Positions 8,166-12,067 of a stretch of DNA of 12,067 nucleotides are shown piece after piece. The notes under the pieces are model-generated. The model worked only from the letters and a program-made list of their open reading frames with translations, ran no database searches and was not told where the DNA came from. The translations under genes were made by a program, and so were the position numbers. Source of the DNA: Candidatus Poribacteria bacterium (GTDB taxonomy: Bacteria; Poribacteria; WGA-4E; UBA9662); the NCBI GenBank assembly GCA_046582655.1, contig JAYGDX010000382.1, positions 1 to 12,067 of the forward strand, in the 5' to 3' direction. Every line of letters starts with the position of its first letter. The first letter of the stretch is position 1.

Positions 8166-8199
8166 GCATTGTATCACGATTGCCGCATCGGGGGTAAAG
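8166..8199 (-). promoter_or_regulatory. Promoter-like repeat, copy 1
   Basis: Minus strand CTTTACCCCCGATGCGGCAATCGTGATACAATGC contains an extended -10 (TGaTACAAT) and a TTTACC -35-like hexamer, about 40 nt upstream of ATG 8128. It is near-identical to 12033-12065. Confidence 0.5.
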
Positions 8200-8296
8200 C
8201 GGTGGGGTCGCTGGCAGAAATCGGGGTTGATCAGTCGACCGGTGCCCCACCTATCTCAGGCTATGCCATGATTTAGTGGTAGGATGTAGTGCTATG

Positions 8297-8362
8297 TTAC
8301 GCCGTTCTGAAACCTGTTCTTTCGCGCTGGAAAATTATCCGATGCTTTGTTTGTACCGCCAT
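8297..8362 (-). other. 21-codon ORF with a strong RBS (small peptide or stub of a deleted gene)
   Basis: GGAGG (complement of 8368-8372) lies 5 nt before ATG 8362. The ORF reads MAVQTKHRIIFQRERTGFRTA* and starts 33 nt after the epimerase stop. Confidence 0.4.
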
Positions 8363-8395
8363 GATAACCTCCCTCTGTGTTTGGTAAGAGCGAGG

Positions 8396-9260
8396 TTACC
8401 TAGCTTCTACTTCATCCCAAAGTCGCATCAGATATTTGCGGCTTCGTTGCAGAACCGTAAAACGCTCAGAATCTGGCACATGCTCGCAGTTGATCAGGTG
8501 AACACGCGTTGCCGGTTGGCGTTTGAATGCCTCGATATAGATTTCAAACGGGCTATGTCCGGTACCCAGTTCAATCGATAACATCGGTTGAGAACGGTCT
8601 TTAGCGAGGCTATGATCTTTCCAGCCAACCACAGGAATGCGCCCCGGATATTCGTCAACAAGCGACCAACCGTAGCTTTGGGCGGTTGTCATGTGTCCAA
8701 TGTTGAGAATGATACCCGCATTTGGGCAGGGCATGGAATCAAACAACAATCGGCAATCATCGAGTCCTTCCACCCAAGCGCGGTAGTGAATATCGGCCCC
8801 AATTTGTAATCCTCGTTCCATAAAAGCTTCAGCCACCCTATTTATACATGTGGCGAGTCGTCTAATTTCGATAGCTTTCTCTGCTGTGGGCACTCTTGAG
8901 CGTCCACAAGTAGGAACAGGATGAGTCAAGTACTTGCAACCCAATGCAAGTGCATAGGAGGCATAGTCCTTCAAGGCAACGACTGTTGGCTCGATCCCTT
9001 CATCGCTTTCAATATCAATCTTCCCTGAAAAGTGAAGGGCTGCCAGCTCAAGCCCAGCGTTTCGGACGGCTTTTTGAACATGCTCCGGGTCAGAATCAAG
9101 AACGTTGGGAAATGGGCTTTTGCTCGGGCCCACTGCACTGACAATCTCAGCATTGCGATTCGTTCAAAATCGAATCGAAGCCGATTGCTTTAATTGTCTC
9201 AAGCGTACTTTCAAAGGACATGTGATGTCCAACGGCGTGGGTGACAACACCAAATTTCAT
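8396..9260 (-). pseudogene. Sugar-phosphate isomerase/epimerase (xylose-isomerase-like TIM barrel) with one 5' frameshift at about 9164
   Basis: GAGGT RBS and ATG at 9260 give MKFGVVTHAVGHHMSFESTLETIKAIGFDSIL, a typical family N-terminus. This is one base out of frame with the 245-aa body (AGLELAALH, ALALGCKY, LNIGH, WKD, ELGTG, CEH). Confidence 0.8.
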
Positions 9261-9434
9261 TATAGATGACCTCATTTCAACCACTGGTGGGCTTGTAATC
9301 AAACAGATGGCGTTATACGAATCTCCTGTTTAGCTAGTTCGATGACAAAAACTTGCTTTTCCTCGTCTCAGAAGGTAAAACCTGCAGCTCAGCAAATTCA
9401 GGCAGGATATTAGACAAGGGTCCCCATATCGTAA

Positions 9435-9745
9435 CCTGAATTCAACTCATAAGCGCAACTTTTGTTAAATATTTAACCAGCCAAGTTGCTTTAAACTCCG
9501 GTTTGGTTATTATAACCAGGAGTTGCCAGGTGGCGTATAAGCATTCGACTTTTATTCAGCGATGTAGAATTCATGGTCTATGGCGAGTAGGGCATAATCA
9601 AACTGAGATTGCGAAGGAAATTGGAGTGCACAAATCAACCATCAGCCGTGAATTTAAGCGCAATATCTTTTGGTGGAATAGTCGCATTCCGCAATATAAG
9701 CCTCATTACGCCCAAAGCTATACAGAGAATCGTCATAAAAATAAA
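9435..9745 (+). mobile_element. Truncated IS30-family element (left end plus HTH region of the transposase)
   Basis: An IS30-type terminal repeat CCTGAATTCAACTCATAAGCGCAAC (9435-9459) and AGGAG RBS precede GTG 9530. The protein MAYKHSTFIQRCRIHGLWRVGHNQTEIAKEIGVHKSTISREFKRN...YKPHYAQ is the IS30 N-terminal HTH. There is no DDE domain or right end. Confidence 0.85.
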
Positions 9746-9915
9746 CTGAAGCAGCAGCGTTGTTGTAGAAATGGCCGCTCCTCTTAAGCAAAGTCAGGGA
9801 CATCTTCAGCATCAAGTTGGGCTGAAGGAACCCAATATCAAAAACGAGCTAAGCAGCAACACAACAAATCTCAGAAGAAACCGAATGGCAAAGGTCGTGG
9901 TGGAGTGAAGCGATG
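9746..9915 (-). pseudogene. Possible 5' stub of a planctomycete-type cytochrome c domain protein
   Basis: Hydrophobic FAIRFLLRFVVLLLSSFLILGSFS, then after a frameshift AQLDAEDVPDFA*EERPFLQQRCCFS. This resembles the 'dF...vrP.L...C..CH' start of such domains, but it is cut before a CxxCH motif is completed. Confidence 0.3.
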
Positions 9916-9919
9916 AGAT

Positions 9920-11790
9920 TTGTCGTCCTTCTCACCCTTAACTTTGTCACCATCCTTAATAATTGGGGGGGCACCGGGCGCAGCTATCCAGATGGGCATG
10001 CCTGCTAGCGATTTCCTTCATCATCTCAGCCCGCCGATTGCGAATGAAGTCACGGATACCATTGAGACTGGTTGGCTTTTTTCCCTTTTCCACTAGTTTC
10101 CACCGGTTATCTTGCCATCCTCTTTGACCTAACATCTTCCGCTCCTGAGAGGGGATCAGATGTGGCTTCAACAGGGCTTCCAGCCGTTCTGTTTCAGCTA
10201 GCAGCGCTTCCTCCTGCCAATGTTTGTCTAGGATTTCCCTCAGAGTCCTAGCATAACGATCCCGACACGACTTGATTTGGTATAGTCGGTGCGCAATCAA
10301 GCCCTACGTCTTGACTGAGACTGGATCACCTTCATCGTCCTTAATCCGGCTGAATTGCTCGAAAAGACTATCCGTTCCCTAGGGCAGGAAGTGGAATTTG
10401 TTCGTCTCCAGGTTGAGATAAAAGAAGTAGTTGTTGGGATTGGCCGCGTACCCATCCTAAAAACCCAGCAAGCCCTCTAACGCCCAGAATCTGTAAAAGG
10501 CATCCAAGTCAACTAGTTCCCCAATAGCCTGCTCATAATCGTAGTTACTCAACTGGAGCTCGGCCACGATTAGCATGTCTGAACTATTTGAGTCAATGTT
10601 AAGTCCTTGAATAGCCAGCAGGTTTTTCCCTGGCTGCAGCTTGTCCTTATGCTGCGAGATATTGATGGGCTGAAACTCTATTGCTGCTTCATGACTAGCG
10701 GTAGCCTTGGAATCCCAGTCTGGCTTCTCCGGCGCATTCAACCCCGCCACCTGATAGCCGTTCAGATAGGCAACCAAGCCATCATCATATTTCATCCGTA
10801 GGATCAGGTTCCCAGTCGAAACCACCTGCTCCAGGTCATTATTTTCAAATGGGAACCGGAGGTAAAGCGACTCAATTTGGTTGTACATCTCGGCCTCGAA
10901 ATCAAAGTCGGCACCAATCAAATATTGATATCCTGTTCCCTGTTCCCCCTTTTCATAACCAGCACCGTTCCGACCCAACTTCCAGTTGAAGTCGCCAAAA
11001 TCTAGCTTCATCCATTGCTCATCGTACTGGCCGCTGGTTGGCACCCAGCCTCGTCCTAATCGCATTTGAACTGAGAAGGATATCACCCTCTTCTCCCTGT
11101 AGTGCTTGGATCAGTTGCTTGATTTTCTTCCGTCCAGGTTTATCCTCACCGACCTTTTTCTCGAAACTCCCTGTCCATCCTTCAAAAAAATCGACCACCG
11201 TGCCTTCATACAGGGCGCCTTTGTCATTGCCAAACTCACGTTTCAGTAAGGGTTGACGGATTGTTTCTACATGACAATAGATGCCCAGGTTATTGCCATT
11301 AACTGTCACCTTGGCATAGGCGCAACAAGGTGCGGGAGAACCGGCTTGATTGAAGAGGGCATAACTCATGAATTGACTCATCAGACTGCCGTCCTGCTTG
11401 TTATTATTAAAAGTCAGCTAGCCCCCTCAATCCCACCTTTTTTGTCGATGTAATTCAGCTTGATTTTAAGAGACGGACGGCTGGTACTTTGCGAGCCAAA
11501 GTACCCTTTCTTACGGATCCCAGCCTGAGGAAATAGGGACCCATCAATGGATACGCTAGCTTTAACATTAAGTATAAGGAGGATCGATGGGCTCATACTT
11601 ACGCTTCTCCTGCAATTCAGTTTCGAAATCACGGGACTGAAATGGGATAGTGTTCCAATCTTTTTTATCGACAGATTTGCACATCCAACACACGATCGAC
11701 AGGAAAAATATCATCCAAGGTCAGTTCCTTAGCCATCAAAATATTGAGGGTAATCATGAAACATAGTCCTATTACTAAACATCTTGTCAT
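9920..11790 (-). pseudogene. Secreted CotH-family kinase with an inserted beta-sandwich module, multiply disrupted
   Basis: From ATG 11790: MTRCLVIGLCFMITLNILMAKELTLDDIFPVDRVLDVQI / GIRKKGYFGSQSTSRPSLKIK / LTFNNNKQD.SLMSQFMSYALFNQAGSPAP..AYAKVTVNG..LGIYCHVE / VDLDAFYRFWALEGLLGF*DGY..NPNNYFFY...KFHFLP*GTD. All CotH motifs are in order, with about 5 frameshifts and 3 in-frame TAG codons (10457, 10379, 10304). The 3' end is approximate. Confidence 0.88.
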
Positions 11791-12032
11791 TTTTACCTGC
11801 TACGAGAGGTCTATCAAAGGTTTTACGGAAAAAGGGCCCGATCATTTTTGTTACCGAGCCATTTGTTAGTATGAAGGCGAAAGTAACCCATCTACATCCT
11901 ATTAACATTATATTACATATACCAAGCAGAAAACCCACAATTATACACACGTTTAGCTTGGTATTGAGAAGACTGGTTAAGGAATGAGGAATCAAGGATC
12001 TGCTGAGCCCCAATTTGCTGTGCTTAACTTTG

Positions 12033-12065
12033 GCATTCCATCACGATTGCCGTATCGGGGTAAAG
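12033..12065 (-). repeat. Promoter-like repeat, copy 2 (at the window edge)
   Basis: GCATTCCATCACGATTGCCGTATCGGGGTAAAG versus GCATTGTATCACGATTGCCGCATCGGGGGTAAAG (8166-8199): 3 mismatches and 1 indel, same orientation. Confidence 0.75.
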
Positions 12066-12067
12066 AG

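Noticed and set aside
10304..10459. Three in-frame TAG codons (10457, 10379, 10304) in one CotH frame, suggesting amber recoding or pyrrolysine
   Set aside because: Two sit at conserved Trp positions (GFWDGY, LPWG) and are single TGG>TAG changes. The same gene has several frameshifts, and TAG is used as a normal stop at 773-775. Decay explains them.
263..11256. Antisense or alternate-frame ORFs from the track (e.g. 503-772, 993-1253, 1943-2287, 3608-3937, 5821-6129, 8276-8581, 8588-8809, 10607-10801, 11038-11256)
   Set aside because: They overlap well-supported genes and show no recognisable motifs, so they are treated as shadow ORFs.
3444..11790. All frameshifts being sequencing artefacts
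   Set aside because: This cannot be excluded for the single-lesion genes without reads. However, five genes are clean, the lesions include nonsense substitutions and truncations, and the damage clusters in particular genes, which fits real decay better.
11729..12013. 94-aa hydrophobic minus-strand ORF and the opposing 11784-11987 ORF
   Set aside because: Neither has a motif or clear RBS. The region is AT-rich and promoter-like, and the minus-strand ORF overlaps the true CotH start in another frame.
1..12067. CRISPR array, tRNA/rRNA, or an intact defence or biosynthetic system
   Set aside because: No regularly spaced repeats, cloverleaf or rRNA-like sequence, and no nuclease, RT, integrase or NRPS/PKS motifs were recognised. 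The only dispersed repeat has two copies 3.9 kb apart.

Overview
A bacterial accessory region in active decay, with most genes on the minus strand. Five genes look intact: two phytanoyl-CoA dioxygenase (PhyH)-family Fe(II)/2-oxoglutarate enzymes, a DapA/NanA-family class I aldolase, a nicotinamidase-type cysteine hydrolase and a polysaccharide deacetylase. They are interleaved with broken genes: a frameshifted third PhyH, a frameshifted oligogalacturonate-lyase-like beta-propeller, an MFS 5' stub, a BNR-4-like 5' stub, a secreted-protein stub, a frameshifted sugar-phosphate isomerase/epimerase, a possible cytochrome c 5' stub and a multiply disrupted secreted CotH kinase. There is also a full-length degenerate IS5-family element (2425-3299) and a truncated IS30 element. 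The gene content resembles Ca. Poribacteria or other PVC-like marine heterotrophs, but this is inference only. The most notable signals are three neighbouring PhyH enzymes with three different metal-ligand signatures (HxG, which is halogenase-like, HxD and HxH), frameshifts at short tandem repeats, head-on deletion junctions, and a duplicated promoter-like 34-mer. No rRNA, tRNA or CRISPR array was seen. All family calls come from motif recognition by eye, not from database searches.
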